Shown one piece after another: positions 25,256 to 37,545 of a stretch of 64,000 bases of DNA. Source of the stretch: Methanobacterium sp. UBA353 (GTDB taxonomy: Archaea > Methanobacteriota > Methanobacteria > Methanobacteriales > Methanobacteriaceae); contig DALO01000016.1 in assembly GCA_002496805.1 (NCBI GenBank), positions 45,615 through 109,614 on the forward strand, read 5' to 3'. Numbering within the stretch: position 1 is the first letter of the stretch; every line of letters starts with the position of its first letter. The translations under genes were made by a program, and so were the position numbers. Below the pieces are notes generated by a model, which worked only from the letters and a program-made list of their open reading frames with translations, had not been told where the DNA came from and made no database searches.

Positions 25256-25545
25256 GACATCACCCTAATCCCGTTTCATTAAAACATACAGTATCATTGA
25301 TTAATATGTGTAAGTGGTAATTTAAATCTTTATTTCCAACAATATGCGCTTTTTAATCTTTAATGACAAATAATCGTTGAATACAAAGATTTACCATGAG
25401 AGCATGCTATCTTTATATGAATATGAGTCTTTATTTAATATGGATTTTGCACAATTTTTATATGCACACAGAATTTAATATGATAATCTAATAGAAACAT
25501 TTTATTCGAAAAGATTAAGGCTTATTTTAGGCTTACTAAATCTAG

Positions 25546-26547
<1,002 letters not shown>

Positions 26548-26553
26548 AACTAA

Positions 26554-26562
26554 TTTTTTTTT
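26554..26562 (+). terminator. Oligo-T tract (T9) 6 nt after the ArsA-like stop; candidate archaeal intrinsic terminator
   Basis: A run of nine T residues lies directly downstream of the stop codon. Archaeal RNA polymerase is known to terminate at oligo-T tracts. Confidence 0.35.
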
Positions 26563-27142
26563 AAAAACAATTAATTCTAACTTAATTCTATTAAATAATT
26601 AATAAATCAGCCTAATGATTAGAGTATAGATATATTTTTTGTTCAAATTAGTAGTGATAGTTATATCCTAATTATAGGAGCATCGTCACAACTAACACAC
26701 TTTTAAAAGTATTAATGGCAGTTTTTATCATTGAATCTTTCCTACCTACCTTGTTTTGTGAAAAATTATCTCATAACTCCCTCAACATTATCAATTCGTT
26801 GGTTAGTGCAGAGATTACTTTTAAAATTTTCAAAAAAAATCTGATGAAGAAAATGGTAAAAGAAAAATTCAAATGTTCCCCTGTCACTGAACCTCCACCC
26901 CAATGTGATGTTTGTCACAATAATCATGCAGAATTTTATGTTATTGTGAGTGGGAAATATTGTAAGTCTAAAGACACCTACCAAACTGGGGGCTTGTTTA
27001 TACAAAGTGTGCAAGCCCTTCATAATACTTACAAATAACATATAATAATATAAATCTATTTTTTCAGGCAAAAAGAGTTCAAAAAATCATTATTTTATTT
27101 AAAAAATTAATAAACAATGGTTTGCTAATTTTAATTGATAAA

Positions 27143-27508
27143 ATGTTGATAAAATCTATAAAAGACTGCAACTATTTTCAAACTTCTGATGAAACTACTA
27201 TCTGTGAGCTTCTGCATCCGAAAAATGAAAAGATAAAAATGGGCTGCAGCATCGCCCATGCCATACTAGGCAAGGACGAGGCATCCTTACCACATAGATT
27301 GAAAACTTCTGTGGAAGTATATTACATTCTAGAAGGGAAAGGCATAATGCACATCGATAACCAGTCTGAAGAGGTTAAAAAGGGTGATGTGATTTACATA
27401 CCTCCAGGATCTGTGCAGTGGATAAAAAACAGGGAAAAATCATCATTGAAGTTTTTATGTGTGGTAACACCACCTTGGAATGAAAAAGACGAATATTTGT
27501 GTGATTGA
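27143..27508 (+). CDS. Cupin-domain protein
   Basis: The ORF track starts at TTG 27122; ATG 27143 is more likely. The small-barrel motif HRLKTSVEVYYILEGKG...GDVIYIPPG is typical of cupin_2. Confidence 0.7.
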   Translation: MLIKSIKDCNYFQTSDETTICELLHPKNEKIKMGCSIAHAILGKDEASLPHRLKTSVEVYYILEGKGIMHIDNQSEEVKKGDVIYIPPGSVQWIKNREKSSLKFLCVVTPPWNEKDEYLCD

Positions 27509-27518
27509 AACCGTTTAA

Positions 27519-28142
27519 CTAGTAAACTACCATTACACACAAGTAATTGAACTCCATAGATGCTAATTCTTTTACAGTTCCCGTGAAAACTCTCTCATCA
27601 GGATAGCTGAGTCTTTCACAAACCGCAATTTTTCTTTTAGGATCCACATCATTTTCAAGTAAGAATTGAGCTAATTTTTCAACCCTAAAATCTGGTAAAA
27701 CTATGGTAACTTTTCCATTATCTAAACAATCCAAAATAACATCAGAATTTCCTTTTCCATGAAGCGTTAGGAGGTTTACTTCGTCCCATGGCACTTGTAA
27801 CTTGGCTGCAGCTAGTTGCAGGGAACTGATACCTGGAACCACTTCAAGGTCCAGATCATCCCTTAACTTGAGTATGGGCTTTAAAACCCCAGAAAATCCA
27901 GGGTCCCCTGTGGAGAGAATTGCAACAGTTTTACCTCCATCCACCAGTGAAACTGATTTTTTCATCATTTCATCCATATTCTTTGCCTGGAGCACCAAGA
28001 CTTCCCCACGAAAATCAGGGAATAAATCCAGAGCTCTTTGACTTCCCACAAGAACATCAACAGATTTTGTAGCCTTAACTGCTGCTACTGTTAAATAATC
28101 ACTGGATCCTGGTCCAGTTCCAATTAGGTAAAGTTTTGCCAT
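27519..28142 (-). CDS. cbiE: Cobalt-precorrin-7 (C5)-methyltransferase
   Basis: 207 aa tetrapyrrole-methylase fold ([21 protein letters not shown]). The size is typical of stand-alone CbiE. Confidence 0.75.
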   Translation of the reverse strand: MAKLYLIGTGPGSSDYLTVAAVKATKSVDVLVGSQRALDLFPDFRGEVLVLQAKNMDEMMKKSVSLVDGGKTVAILSTGDPGFSGVLKPILKLRDDLDLEVVPGISSLQLAAAKLQVPWDEVNLLTLHGKGNSDVILDCLDNGKVTIVLPDFRVEKLAQFLLENDVDPKRKIAVCERLSYPDERVFTGTVKELASMEFNYLCVMVVY

Positions 28143-28268
28143 TTAACATACACCTGAACTCTAGGTAAATATAACCAATAGTAATGTTGCTTTTCGTTAT
28201 CTTAATCTTTCATTTATCTAATAAAATCTTTAATAAGTTTGGATGTGAAAAGACTAGTAGTGATTATC

Positions 28269-29456
28269 ATGCTCCAGATCGCAGTTACCGGAAAGCCCAA
28301 TGTGGGCAAATCATCTTTTTTCAATGCAGCCACCCTATCAGAAGCAGAAGTAGCTGATTACCCCTTTACAACTATTGATGTTAACAAAGCAGTTGCCCAT
28401 GTGGTTAAACCATGCCCCTGCAAAGAATTAGAAATTGAATGCAATCCTCGGAATTCTCAGTGCCTTGAAGGAACCAGACTGATTCCAGTAGAACTTTTAG
28501 ATGTTGCAGGGCTAGTTCCAGGAGCCCATGAAGGTCGTGGCCTAGGTAATAAGTTTTTAGATGACCTTCGCCAAGCCAGAGCATTCATCCATGTAATTGA
28601 CGCTTCAGGATCAACTGATGATGAGGGAAGGCCTTGCGAACCAGGAACACACGACCCTCTGGAAGATGTGGAGTTTTTAGAACACGAAATAAGCATGTGG
28701 CTTTATGGAATCCTTCATAAAAACTGGAATAAACTGGTGCGAAAAGCACTCTCTGAGAAACTTGACATAGCTAAGGTAATAGCTGAACAGCTCAGTGGTG
28801 CAGGTATACTTGTTGAAGACGTGCTTGAAGCTAAACGAGCTGTTTCTAAAGATTACAAGGATTGGGAGGAAGATGATATCGTCTTTCTACTGAATAATCT
28901 TCTTAAAATTGCTAAACCAATGCTTATTGTAGCTAACAAGGCTGATCTACCACATGCTGAAAAGAACATTAAACGGCTCCAGGAAAAATATGATAATGTG
29001 GTACCAGCATCAGCTGAGGCTGAACTGGCATTAATTCGGGCTGCAAAATCCGGGTTTGTAAAATATGTTTCTGGTGAATCAGATTTTGAGATCATAAAGA
29101 AGGATGAATTAAGTTCACAACAAGTAAAAGCCCTTAAATATATCCAAGAAAATGTTTTACAAAAATATGACAGTACTGGAATTCAGGAAGCCCTTAACCA
29201 AGCCATATTTAGCTTGCTGGATATGATTGTTGTCTTCCCAGTGGAAGATGAACATAAACTATCTGATCAAAAAGGTAACATACTCCCTGATGCCTTGTTA
29301 ATTCCGCAAGGGTCCAAACCAAGAGATATGGCTTTCCTCATCCACACTGATATTGGAGAAGGTTTTATGCATGCAATAGATGCCAGGAACTGCCGCAGGG
29401 TCGCTAGTGACCATGTGTTAGAGGATGGAGATATAATTAGCATAATTACACGCTAG
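28269..29456 (+). CDS. Obg/YchF-type GTP-binding protein with C-terminal TGS-like domain
   Basis: The ORF track starts at 28239, and ATG 28269 gives [22 protein letters not shown] (G1). It also has DVAGLV (G3) and NKAD (G4). Confidence 0.85.
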   Translation: MLQIAVTGKPNVGKSSFFNAATLSEAEVADYPFTTIDVNKAVAHVVKPCPCKELEIECNPRNSQCLEGTRLIPVELLDVAGLVPGAHEGRGLGNKFLDDLRQARAFIHVIDASGSTDDEGRPCEPGTHDPLEDVEFLEHEISMWLYGILHKNWNKLVRKALSEKLDIAKVIAEQLSGAGILVEDVLEAKRAVSKDYKDWEEDDIVFLLNNLLKIAKPMLIVANKADLPHAEKNIKRLQEKYDNVVPASAEAELALIRAAKSGFVKYVSGESDFEIIKKDELSSQQVKALKYIQENVLQKYDSTGIQEALNQAIFSLLDMIVVFPVEDEHKLSDQKGNILPDALLIPQGSKPRDMAFLIHTDIGEGFMHAIDARNCRRVASDHVLEDGDIISIITR

Positions 29457-29513
29457 AAGGAGAAATCATGGAGAGTTGTATCCACTTTACCTACTTTATC
29501 TGAGTGAGGGGTC

Positions 29514-29520
29514 TTTTTTT
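29514..29520 (+). terminator. Oligo-T tract (T7) about 55 nt after the GTPase stop; candidate terminator
   Basis: GAGGGGTCTTTTTTT lies downstream of 29456, and no ORF follows for about 420 nt. Confidence 0.3.
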
Positions 29521-29944
29521 GATGTTTATTTACTCAATTGATATCTCAAATATCATTTTTTTCCCTTAACATTTTTCCTAAAATAAATTAAAAATGTAAA
29601 TATAATATATTAATATCTAAATCAAAAAAAAAGTTTAAAGGCAATTACTTGATTTATTATCTGCTTAAATTTACTAAAAATGTAGATCCATAATTATTTC
29701 ATCAAAAACAAGCTAATTAACCAGAATTCTTGAAATATGTCGTCAGCGCACAATTCATATTTAAAAAATCTATATTTTTTGGTACAGCATCTAAATTTCT
29801 AGAATCTTCTTTATTTTGCAAAAAATGGTTCATTCCCCTGTTATGATAAAATATGTATTTCCTTATTTCAGATAATACTCTGCTTTAAAAAACTATCCTA
29901 AATGTTATATTATGGATTAGATATAATGAATGTGGGGGATATAC

Positions 29945-30397
29945 ATGAAAATGTCAACAAATATCTGTATTTTTTTAGTTTTGATTTGCTTTGTATTAGT
30001 TGCATCTGGATGTACATCAAGTGATTCTAGTTCTAGTGATAGAATGAATGATTCTTCGAGCCCTAGTACTTCTGATTCTAGTGTTTCTAGTTCTAGTGAT
30101 GATTCTAGCCCCAGTACATCTTCCCCATCATCATCTATTAAGCCAAGAGTTCTGGTTATAGTAGATTATTTGGGCAAATGGAGTGGATCAATAAGTTCTG
30201 AATCTGGAACTCGATCTATAGAAGGCTCAGGTAAAAAATCATTTGATTTAGGTAACATAGGTGGTCATGTGACTGCAAATGTCCAAAAAAAAGATGGTGG
30301 GTCTGACATTTTAGCAATATTCATCACCAAAGATGGGGATATAGTTGCGTCACAAAAAACAAGTGCAGGATATGGAGTAGTTCAAGTAAGCTCATAG
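29945..30397 (+). CDS. Putative secreted lipoprotein with Ser-rich linker
   Basis: ATG 29945 follows GGGGGA. The signal peptide ends in a lipobox-like LVASGC, followed by a low-complexity stretch of about 45 aa (SSDSSSSD...SSPSTSSPSSS) and then an ~85-aa beta-rich domain. Confidence 0.65.
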   Translation: MKMSTNICIFLVLICFVLVASGCTSSDSSSSDRMNDSSSPSTSDSSVSSSSDDSSPSTSSPSSSIKPRVLVIVDYLGKWSGSISSESGTRSIEGSGKKSFDLGNIGGHVTANVQKKDGGSDILAIFITKDGDIVASQKTSAGYGVVQVSS

Positions 30398-31206
30398 AAT
30401 ATAACCAAATCTTTTCTTTCTTTTGTCAATTTCACCGAACTAACATAGCATCCTCCTTTGCTAAAAATACAGCAGTATTTTGTGATGAATATGACTTAAA
30501 TATGTTTATTGTTGTTATACTTAATGCATTCATCGTTATCTTCAAATACGTGATTTAACCAGATTTTAGCTGAATTTATCTATACATTTTTACATATTGC
30601 CTAAATTAATTCGTTGGATTTATACTAAAGTTATCGTTGAAATTTTATGAGCAGTTTTTTCTTTATTAAAATTTTTCCACAACAATTTAAATCCCCGTAA
30701 ATTTCTGTTGAATAAAATAAACAAGAAATAAATATGATCCTATTATCCTCTAAATTATTCAAAATTTTTTTACTCAGCATCATTTTCATTGACAGAGAGA
30801 GGTATGTTTCAAGTGTAACAGTGAAGATAGATTAACACACTCCTGAAGAGTTTTACAGGAAATTAAATTATTTTAAAGATTATTTTAGCGTTGAGAATGT
30901 TTAAAATATGTTTGGGGAATATATGCCTAACTAAATTGGGTAAATTAAGAAAAAACTTGTTATTTTTAAATTTTTAGCAAATCTTTATCAACTTCTAACC
31001 TTACTCCAAGGGGTTGCCAGCATACCTAAAAAGAATGATAAAAAACGTGTTTTTGTAACTGAAAAATGACATCACACCCCGCGCAATTTCACTTGAAACA
31101 AATGATTATATGATAATTGTAATTTTAAAACTAGTTGAACCCTGGAAAAGTAGAAAAAAATGAAAATAACTGAAAAAAGAAGTTAAACTGATTTTTAAGC
31201 TTTTTT

Positions 31207-31944
31207 TTATGGTTTAACACTTATTGGCACTTCATTCAAAGGATTAAGTTCCAATTGGTTTTTATGATAATCAACACTGAAAGAATATGCAAATATCAGC
31301 ACTTTGTATTTTTCTGCTTTTTTTAGTGTGCTGGAAAATTCTGGATCCATCTCCCAGTTAGGTGAAAATACTTGAGCATCTTCTCGGGGGATTATGAAAA
31401 GTACTGCTGAGTTCATTCCCTCTTTTTTAGCTTTAATAAGTTCTTCCAAGTGTCTTTTTCCCCGGACTGTAGGAGCATCCGGAAATTTGGCATGCCCATC
31501 TTCAACCAAGGTGCACCCTTTCACTTCCAGAAGCATCTTATCCTCATTATCAGATGTTACTTTTCCTTTTTCCAAAGTTTTAGTTAGAAGAAAATCGATT
31601 CTACTCTTACCGTAAGTGTATTCTCTTTTTTCAACATGATAATTTGATAGTTCAGATATAATTCCTGATTTAATTAATTCTGAGGCAAGATCACTGTGGA
31701 AACCAGAATTTATGAGCACCCATATTTTTTCACTTTTCACGGCAATAACATCGTACTTTGTCTTCCTTTTTGTTGGATTTTGTGCTGGGCGAAGGAGTAA
31801 ATGAGCCTCATGAAGTAAAAGTTCATTAAGACGACCCGGGTCTCGTAAATGAGCAAGTTCGATCCCTTTATTAGTTTCAAAATCCACTGTGAAGCGGTTG
31901 GGTCTTTTTAAAAATCTTCCCTCTATGGTGTTAGTGATTTTCAT
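31207..31944 (-). CDS. sfsA: SfsA-family (sugar fermentation stimulation / nuclease-fold) protein
   Basis: 245 aa. The N-terminus [14 protein letters not shown] and the central EVKGCTL resemble SfsA. Confidence 0.75.
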   Translation of the reverse strand: MKITNTIEGRFLKRPNRFTVDFETNKGIELAHLRDPGRLNELLLHEAHLLLRPAQNPTKRKTKYDVIAVKSEKIWVLINSGFHSDLASELIKSGIISELSNYHVEKREYTYGKSRIDFLLTKTLEKGKVTSDNEDKMLLEVKGCTLVEDGHAKFPDAPTVRGKRHLEELIKAKKEGMNSAVLFIIPREDAQVFSPNWEMDPEFSSTLKKAEKYKVLIFAYSFSVDYHKNQLELNPLNEVPISVKP

Positions 31945-32101
31945 CTTATGAAAATTTAATCTACCAAATATATAATAAAACCTAAATTTTACTACTATTC
32001 AGCTTTATTATTTTATCATTTAGGCATATTTTATTTAATTCTCTTCAAAAAACCGTGGCTGTCCTAATTAATAAAATAATAAAAGAAAAAAATTGGAAAT
32101 C

Positions 32102-32842
32102 TTAGAAGTTTAAGCTATCAACTGCATTGGCAAATTCCTTAGCACGGTCCAATGTTTCGTTAAATGGTGCATAAGTGTAGGTTTCGTAAACCATTGCTGG
32201 TGTGCCAGATTCTATGATTGGTATGGTTACATAAGGACCGCTAGTGGGCCCACCATCAAATGGGGGGACATAGAAAATAAGCCAGGAGATTTTGCTCACT
32301 ATTAAATGGGCCAGTAGTCTGGAACGTTTGTCATCTGATGGAACTGAGATGAACTTGGTTTCTGGGTAGTCTCCCTTGGTTGAGTGTACATCCACCACCA
32401 AATTGTATTTGGATGCCTTGATATCGGGAACTGCGTAGTCTCTAGCTAATTCTTGACCATTAATCCTTCCATTTGTGTAATCGTCTCGGTCTTTAGTTAC
32501 AGTAATTTGATAAACATAATAACAGTATTTTAGTGATTTACTATTGCTGATTACTGTCATCATCGCTTGATGGGCTTGAACTTCCTGTGGATGCACGCCC
32601 ACGACATAGGCAACTTTTACTGATGACATTGGATTACCATAAGGGCCGTAACGGACTACAAAACCATAATCACGTTGTCCAAGAAATTTGACTGATGTGA
32701 TGGATTCAGATTTAATCTGATTGGATGAATTGTCATTTAATGAATCATTAAAATTATAAGAAGTTCCATCATAGTTGATAAAAGCTCCCAAAACAATTAC
32801 AACAATTATTAACCCTATGCCCATCAATGTTTCCATATTCAT
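32102..32842 (-). CDS. Membrane-anchored extracytoplasmic protein with HPxE...DVH motif (paralog of 14788..15570)
   Basis: 246 aa with an N-terminal TM ([15 protein letters not shown]). It shares the blocks [42 protein letters not shown] and [10 protein letters not shown] with 14788..15570, at roughly 35-45% identity by eye. Confidence 0.75.
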   Translation of the reverse strand: MNMETLMGIGLIIVVIVLGAFINYDGTSYNFNDSLNDNSSNQIKSESITSVKFLGQRDYGFVVRYGPYGNPMSSVKVAYVVGVHPQEVQAHQAMMTVISNSKSLKYCYYVYQITVTKDRDDYTNGRINGQELARDYAVPDIKASKYNLVVDVHSTKGDYPETKFISVPSDDKRSRLLAHLIVSKISWLIFYVPPFDGGPTSGPYVTIPIIESGTPAMVYETYTYAPFNETLDRAKEFANAVDSLNF

Positions 32843-33141
32843 GTTCGTATCCTCATTATGTGTTGATTAACGTTAATATGTATGATATTTTATCGTAAAT
32901 TGAAATTTTGAACTGTATAACCCAATATTTTATCCATTTATCGATTGTCAAGATTAAACTTATTATTGGTTCTATTGGTTATTATGGTTAATAGTTTATT
33001 AGAATAAGTTTACAAGAATGTTAATTATAATGATAAGTAAAATGTAATGAATTTATTAATTCCAAAATTTGCTAGATCAATACATTGTAATGGCTAAATA
33101 ATTCGAATAATACGTTTAATAAATTTAGAGGTGAAATTACA

Positions 33142-34224
33142 TTGCATCCACGACCCAGCCCTATTGCCGCGTCACTTTATACTCTCCGAGATTTGAATGC
33201 TGATGTTATTATCCTTCACGGACCCCATGGTTGCTGTTTCCGTACTGGCCGTCTACTGGAAAATGATGGAGTGAGGGTGGTTACCACTGCCATGTCCGAG
33301 AATGATTTCATTTTCGGAGCATCAGCTAAGTTAGAGGAAACTCTTAAAGAAGCTTATGAACTGTTCCACCCTCAACTGGTGGGGGTGGTGGGTACTTGTG
33401 CAAGTATGATCATTGGTGAAGACATGCGTGAAGCAGTTAACAATGCTAAAATCCCCGCCAAAGTGTTGACTGTTGAGTCTCATGGTGGGTTAAGTGAAGG
33501 CGATAATACAGAAGGAGCGATAGCTGTTTTAGAAGCAGCAAAACTAGAAGGTGTGATCTCTAGCGAGGAAGCAGATAGGCAGATTATAATGTTAAAAAAA
33601 GCCACTGAAATCGAAAAAACCAGAGGAATGGCCCAAGGAAAATATATTCAACCATCTTACGGAGATGATAAAGAAGAAGTAGCCCAAAATCTTCTTGATG
33701 CCTTTGAAAATGGAGATAAAATTGCTTTTGTTCTTAACTCCAAGAAAGAAACATCTTACCTCTTCGCTGACATTTTGAAAGTTCCTTTCCATGATACTTA
33801 TCCTGAAATCCGCCCAAGCATTATTGCCAATCTAGATGAAGGAATAGGACTGCCACGTATACGTCAACATGCCAAAAATATAAAAATGGAACTGGATATG
33901 AATATTGATCTAATAACCGGTAGTTTGGATGAATACCCTGTAACTGGGAAAAATGCAATGTCATTCCTTGAAAAAAATAATTTTGACATAGTAGTCGTGG
34001 CAGGAGTGCCTCATGCGCTCAATATTGAGAAATTAAAAGGAAAATTAATTGCTATTACTGACGGCCCAAGATTGGTGGAGCCTTTAAAAAATTTAGGATA
34101 TACTTGGGTGATTACTGAACTGGACGCCCATGCAAAAACTTTGGGAACTGATAAAATCATTGCTTCCGATTTTGGAACTGCTTTGAGAAAAAAATTAAAA
34201 AAATATAATGATAGCTATAATTGA
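33142..34224 (+). CDS. cfbD: Ni-sirohydrochlorin a,c-diamide reductive cyclase subunit CfbD (NifD-like; methanogenesis marker 13)
   Basis: 360 aa from [51 protein letters not shown] and [11 protein letters not shown] fit the nitrogenase component-1-like CfbD/NflD family as I remember it. Confidence 0.78.
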   Translation: MHPRPSPIAASLYTLRDLNADVIILHGPHGCCFRTGRLLENDGVRVVTTAMSENDFIFGASAKLEETLKEAYELFHPQLVGVVGTCASMIIGEDMREAVNNAKIPAKVLTVESHGGLSEGDNTEGAIAVLEAAKLEGVISSEEADRQIIMLKKATEIEKTRGMAQGKYIQPSYGDDKEEVAQNLLDAFENGDKIAFVLNSKKETSYLFADILKVPFHDTYPEIRPSIIANLDEGIGLPRIRQHAKNIKMELDMNIDLITGSLDEYPVTGKNAMSFLEKNNFDIVVVAGVPHALNIEKLKGKLIAITDGPRLVEPLKNLGYTWVITELDAHAKTLGTDKIIASDFGTALRKKLKKYNDSYN

Positions 34225-34816
34225 TTATGGTAGTGGGAATCTGAAAAGCATCCACAATGGATTCCGACAAATTGGTGCAGAAGTACTGATAACTCAAGAT
34301 AAAAAAGAATTGGCAAAAGCAGATGCACTGATTCTCCCAGGAGTGGGAGCTTTCGGAACTGCCATGGAGAATCTGAGCAGATTTGAAAAGATTATTCACC
34401 AACATATTCACGATGAAAAACCATTTTTAGGAGTTTGTTTGGGTTTACAAGTCCTTTTTGGTAAAAGTGAGGAAAGCCCAGGGATTAATGGATTAAATGT
34501 GTTGCCAGGGAAAGTTTTACAACTTCCAGAAAGAAAAAAAAATGAGGGTCTGAAAGTACCCCAAATGGGCTGGAATAGCCTTAATATCTTAAAAAAATCT
34601 TTTTTATTAAAAAATATTGAGAATAATTATATGTATTTTGTCCATTCATATTATGTAGAGCCTGATGATGATAAAATTGTGATTGCAACTGTTAATTATG
34701 GTTTAGATGTTCCTGCCATTGTAGCTCAAGATAATGTTTTTGCCACCCAGTTTCACCCAGAAAAAAGTGGAAAAATTGGGCTAAAAATATTGAAAAACTT
34801 CTTTAAACTCGTTTAA
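34208..34816 (+). CDS. hisH: Imidazole glycerol phosphate synthase glutaminase subunit
   Basis: 202 aa class I GATase with [21 protein letters not shown] (catalytic Cys), PQMGWN and [10 protein letters not shown]. The start overlaps the cfbD 3' end by 17 nt. Confidence 0.85.
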   Translation: MIAIIDYGSGNLKSIHNGFRQIGAEVLITQDKKELAKADALILPGVGAFGTAMENLSRFEKIIHQHIHDEKPFLGVCLGLQVLFGKSEESPGINGLNVLPGKVLQLPERKKNEGLKVPQMGWNSLNILKKSFLLKNIENNYMYFVHSYYVEPDDDKIVIATVNYGLDVPAIVAQDNVFATQFHPEKSGKIGLKILKNFFKLV

Positions 34817-34884
34817 AGATTGGTTGTAAATACTAAAAAAGTAGGAAAAATTTATATATTTGTAATACATAAGAAGGTGTAACT

Positions 34885-36249
34885 GTGGATATGGAAGGTT
34901 TCGCCAGGCGCGCCCTGGTAGACAGTGCTGAAGGATCTGTTCAAAAAAGTCTTCAGGAAAAGATACTTGAGTTTAAAGATATTTCTCCTGAACAGGCCGG
35001 CCAAATGGCAAAGGCTGTTCTGGACGAAGTTAAATATTCTCTGAAAATTGAAGATCACCCTGATGAACCCCTTAAAAAGCTCATAAATTATCCCAAATCA
35101 GGAGTGGCTATGGGAGAAATGGGTGTTGGATCCAGAGGCGCCGGTGACTTTTTTGTCCACCGACAAATTGCAGAAATAGTTAAAAGCAGCAACACTGATG
35201 CCTTCATCAACCCCACAGCTCAAGACGATGGAGGAGTGGTTAAAGCACCAGCTGGCACAGACGAAGTGTACATAACCACTGCAGTAGATGGAATTCATTC
35301 ACGGTTAAGTGAATACCCTTTCTTGGGAGGTTTTCATGTGGCCAGAGCTTCCATGAGAGATGTCTGCGTTATGGGATCTCAGCCAGTGGCTTTACTGAGT
35401 GATTTGCACTTGGCAGATGATGGAGATGTGTCAAAACTCTTTGACTATACTGCTGGAGTTTGTGCTGTTTCAGAACTCACTGGAATACCATTAGTAGCAG
35501 GAAGTACTCTCCGCGTAGGTGGAGACATGGTGCTTGGAGATAGATTAGTAAGTGCAGTAGGTTCTGTGGGAATATCCCCTTATCCACCCACTGCCCGGAA
35601 ACGTGCCGAGGCAGGTGATGTTATTCTCTTAACTGAAGGGTCTGGCGGTGGAACTATCACAACAACAGCCTTGTATCACGGTTTGTTTGATGTTGTGTGG
35701 GAAACTATGGATATTAGCTTTATTCAAGCATCTGAGGCCATTTTAAAGGCAGAACTACTTCCAAAAATACATGCCATGACTGATGTAACCAATGGGGGAC
35801 TCAGAGGTGATGCTCATGAAATATCCCAAACTACTGGACTGGGAATGGCCTTTTGGGAAGATAAAATCCGTGAACTAATCAACCCCAAAGTTTTAGACAT
35901 GCTGGAAAGTCTGAACATCGATCCATTGGGTGTTTCTGTGGATTCACTCATGATTATAGCCACTGAAGATGTGGCCAGAGAAGTGGAAAGGATTGTTTCA
36001 AAATCTGGAGTTAAAATCGGCCATATCGGCGAAATTGATGATACTGGAGTTCCCAGGCTGATAACTGACCATGGCCAGACTGAACTTAAGCCACTCTTCC
36101 GGGAAGCAGCTTACACTAAAATCAAAAAGTTTGTGGGCGATGTGCATCCTGAAGACTTTGAAGAAATGAAACAAAAAGTTGAAAGTGCGGCTCAAGAAGC
36201 AATTGCAAAAAAAGAAGAAATTGTTGCAAGAATAAGGAAAAATAACTAG
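34885..36249 (+). CDS. AIR-synthase-related (PurM superfamily) protein of unknown role
   Basis: 454 aa. DDGGVV and TAVDGIHS motifs and a two-domain PurM/ThiL/HypE-like layout follow an N-terminal extension of about 90 aa. Confidence 0.7.
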   Translation: MDMEGFARRALVDSAEGSVQKSLQEKILEFKDISPEQAGQMAKAVLDEVKYSLKIEDHPDEPLKKLINYPKSGVAMGEMGVGSRGAGDFFVHRQIAEIVKSSNTDAFINPTAQDDGGVVKAPAGTDEVYITTAVDGIHSRLSEYPFLGGFHVARASMRDVCVMGSQPVALLSDLHLADDGDVSKLFDYTAGVCAVSELTGIPLVAGSTLRVGGDMVLGDRLVSAVGSVGISPYPPTARKRAEAGDVILLTEGSGGGTITTTALYHGLFDVVWETMDISFIQASEAILKAELLPKIHAMTDVTNGGLRGDAHEISQTTGLGMAFWEDKIRELINPKVLDMLESLNIDPLGVSVDSLMIIATEDVAREVERIVSKSGVKIGHIGEIDDTGVPRLITDHGQTELKPLFREAAYTKIKKFVGDVHPEDFEEMKQKVESAAQEAIAKKEEIVARIRKNN

Positions 36250-36289
36250 TAAAGAATGATTTAAAAACAATTAAAAACTAGTGAAGTTT

Positions 36290-36721
36290 ATGGATGAAAA
36301 AGGATTTATTTACACTTTTGACGCTGTTTTAGCTTTAATACCAATTATGATTGTGATTTTCGGAGTTAGCAACCTCCCCACATTTAATGAACCTTCTAGT
36401 TATGTATATTCATCACAACAAGCGCAAGATGTAATGGATTTTATGGCACAATACCGGCCAAATGGGGGGATGTCAGTGTTAGAAACCTTATCAACCACTT
36501 TAGAATCTGGAAACAACAACCAAGCAAGTATACAGTATGCAGGAGAAATTTCTTCTAATATTCTTAGTAAAAACTTCCCAAAAATGGAATATATTTTAAC
36601 AGAAGAAAACCAGTTAGGTGGTGAAATCTTGGCTGGAAAATTAGATATTAAAAATGAAAATAATGTGGCCACAGCTTCCCGAAATTGTGGTAACCACACA
36701 TATAGGATTTATGTAAAATAA
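36290..36721 (+). CDS. Class III signal peptide (archaeal type IV pilin-like) protein
   Basis: The ORF track starts at GTG 36281; ATG 36290 gives MDEKG/FIYTFDAVLALIPIMIVIFGV. This is a short charged leader ending KG followed by a hydrophobic helix, the prepilin-peptidase substrate pattern. Confidence 0.65.
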   Translation: MDEKGFIYTFDAVLALIPIMIVIFGVSNLPTFNEPSSYVYSSQQAQDVMDFMAQYRPNGGMSVLETLSTTLESGNNNQASIQYAGEISSNILSKNFPKMEYILTEENQLGGEILAGKLDIKNENNVATASRNCGNHTYRIYVK

Positions 36722-37077
36722 AAACTATTTAAAAACTTTTTCATCAAATTGTATTGAAACATAATCCATTGTGACTTTATATAATTTATCCCTTTTCTTC
36801 TTATTACAGTTTTATTAACTATGAAAACACCACCGTTAAAGGAAAGGCAGTAGAATTTCCACGATACGTGTGTGTTTTGTGAACATGCCATATATTTATT
36901 CAGTTTTATGTGGATAAAAGAAAGATTTAGAAGTGGGATATCTCCTGAAAAAATATTATCGCCACCCACTGTGAACTTATATTTTAAAAAGATTTTTGTT
37001 AATACTAGATCAATGATTAGAAATATTTTCAATTATACAATCAATACAATTATTGTGTTCAAGAGAGAGTGTTCAAA

Positions 37078-37545
37078 ATGGGATGTGAATTTTTTGAAAA
37101 AATACATGATTATAAGTACGGAGATTTATTGGTTGAAACCCATCACTGGCTTATAATCCTGGCCCCTGACCAAAAAAACCTTGGAACTTGCGTTGTGGCA
37201 CTTAAAAGAGATGAAATAGAATTATCCGGTTTAACAAATGAAGAATGGTTTGACTTTAGTTACGTAGTAAAAAAACTAGAAAAATCTATTAAAAAAGCGT
37301 TTAACTCCACCATGTTCAACTGGGGCTGTTTGATGAACTCTTCCTACCTTGAAACCCCACCATCCCCCCATCTTCACTGGCATTTCATACCACGTTACCG
37401 AAACCCAATAGAGTTCCATGGAAAAACATTTGAAGACCTATGTTTTGGCAGCAGCACCATGTATGATCGAAGAGGCCCTGTTGAACTATCTGACGATTTT
37501 AGAAAAAAAATTAAAACCAGGATAATGGAATATCTGGAAATTTAA
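37078..37545 (+). CDS. HIT (histidine triad) family protein
   Basis: The ORF track starts at GTG 37069; ATG 37078 is an alternative. The histidine triad is HLHWHFIPR. Confidence 0.8.
   Translation: MGCEFFEKIHDYKYGDLLVETHHWLIILAPDQKNLGTCVVALKRDEIELSGLTNEEWFDFSYVVKKLEKSIKKAFNSTMFNWGCLMNSSYLETPPSPHLHWHFIPRYRNPIEFHGKTFEDLCFGSSTMYDRRGPVELSDDFRKKIKTRIMEYLEI

Noticed and set aside
26715-27071. Two mutually overlapping ORFs (107 aa on +, 101 aa on -) in the ~600-bp gap after the ArsA-like gene. The + frame contains MKKMVKEKFKCSPVTEPPPQCDVCHNNH...
   Set aside because: Neither frame has a convincing RBS, a known motif or a complete zinc-ribbon Cys pattern, so I cannot choose between them or support either. 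A real small Cys-containing protein remains possible, and Ribo-seq or conservation could test it.
36709-37156. ORFs 36709..37032 (-) and 36872..37156 (+) between the pilin-like and HIT genes
   Set aside because: The translations are AT-rich and low in information, the ORFs overlap each other and the HIT gene start, and there are no motifs or RBS.
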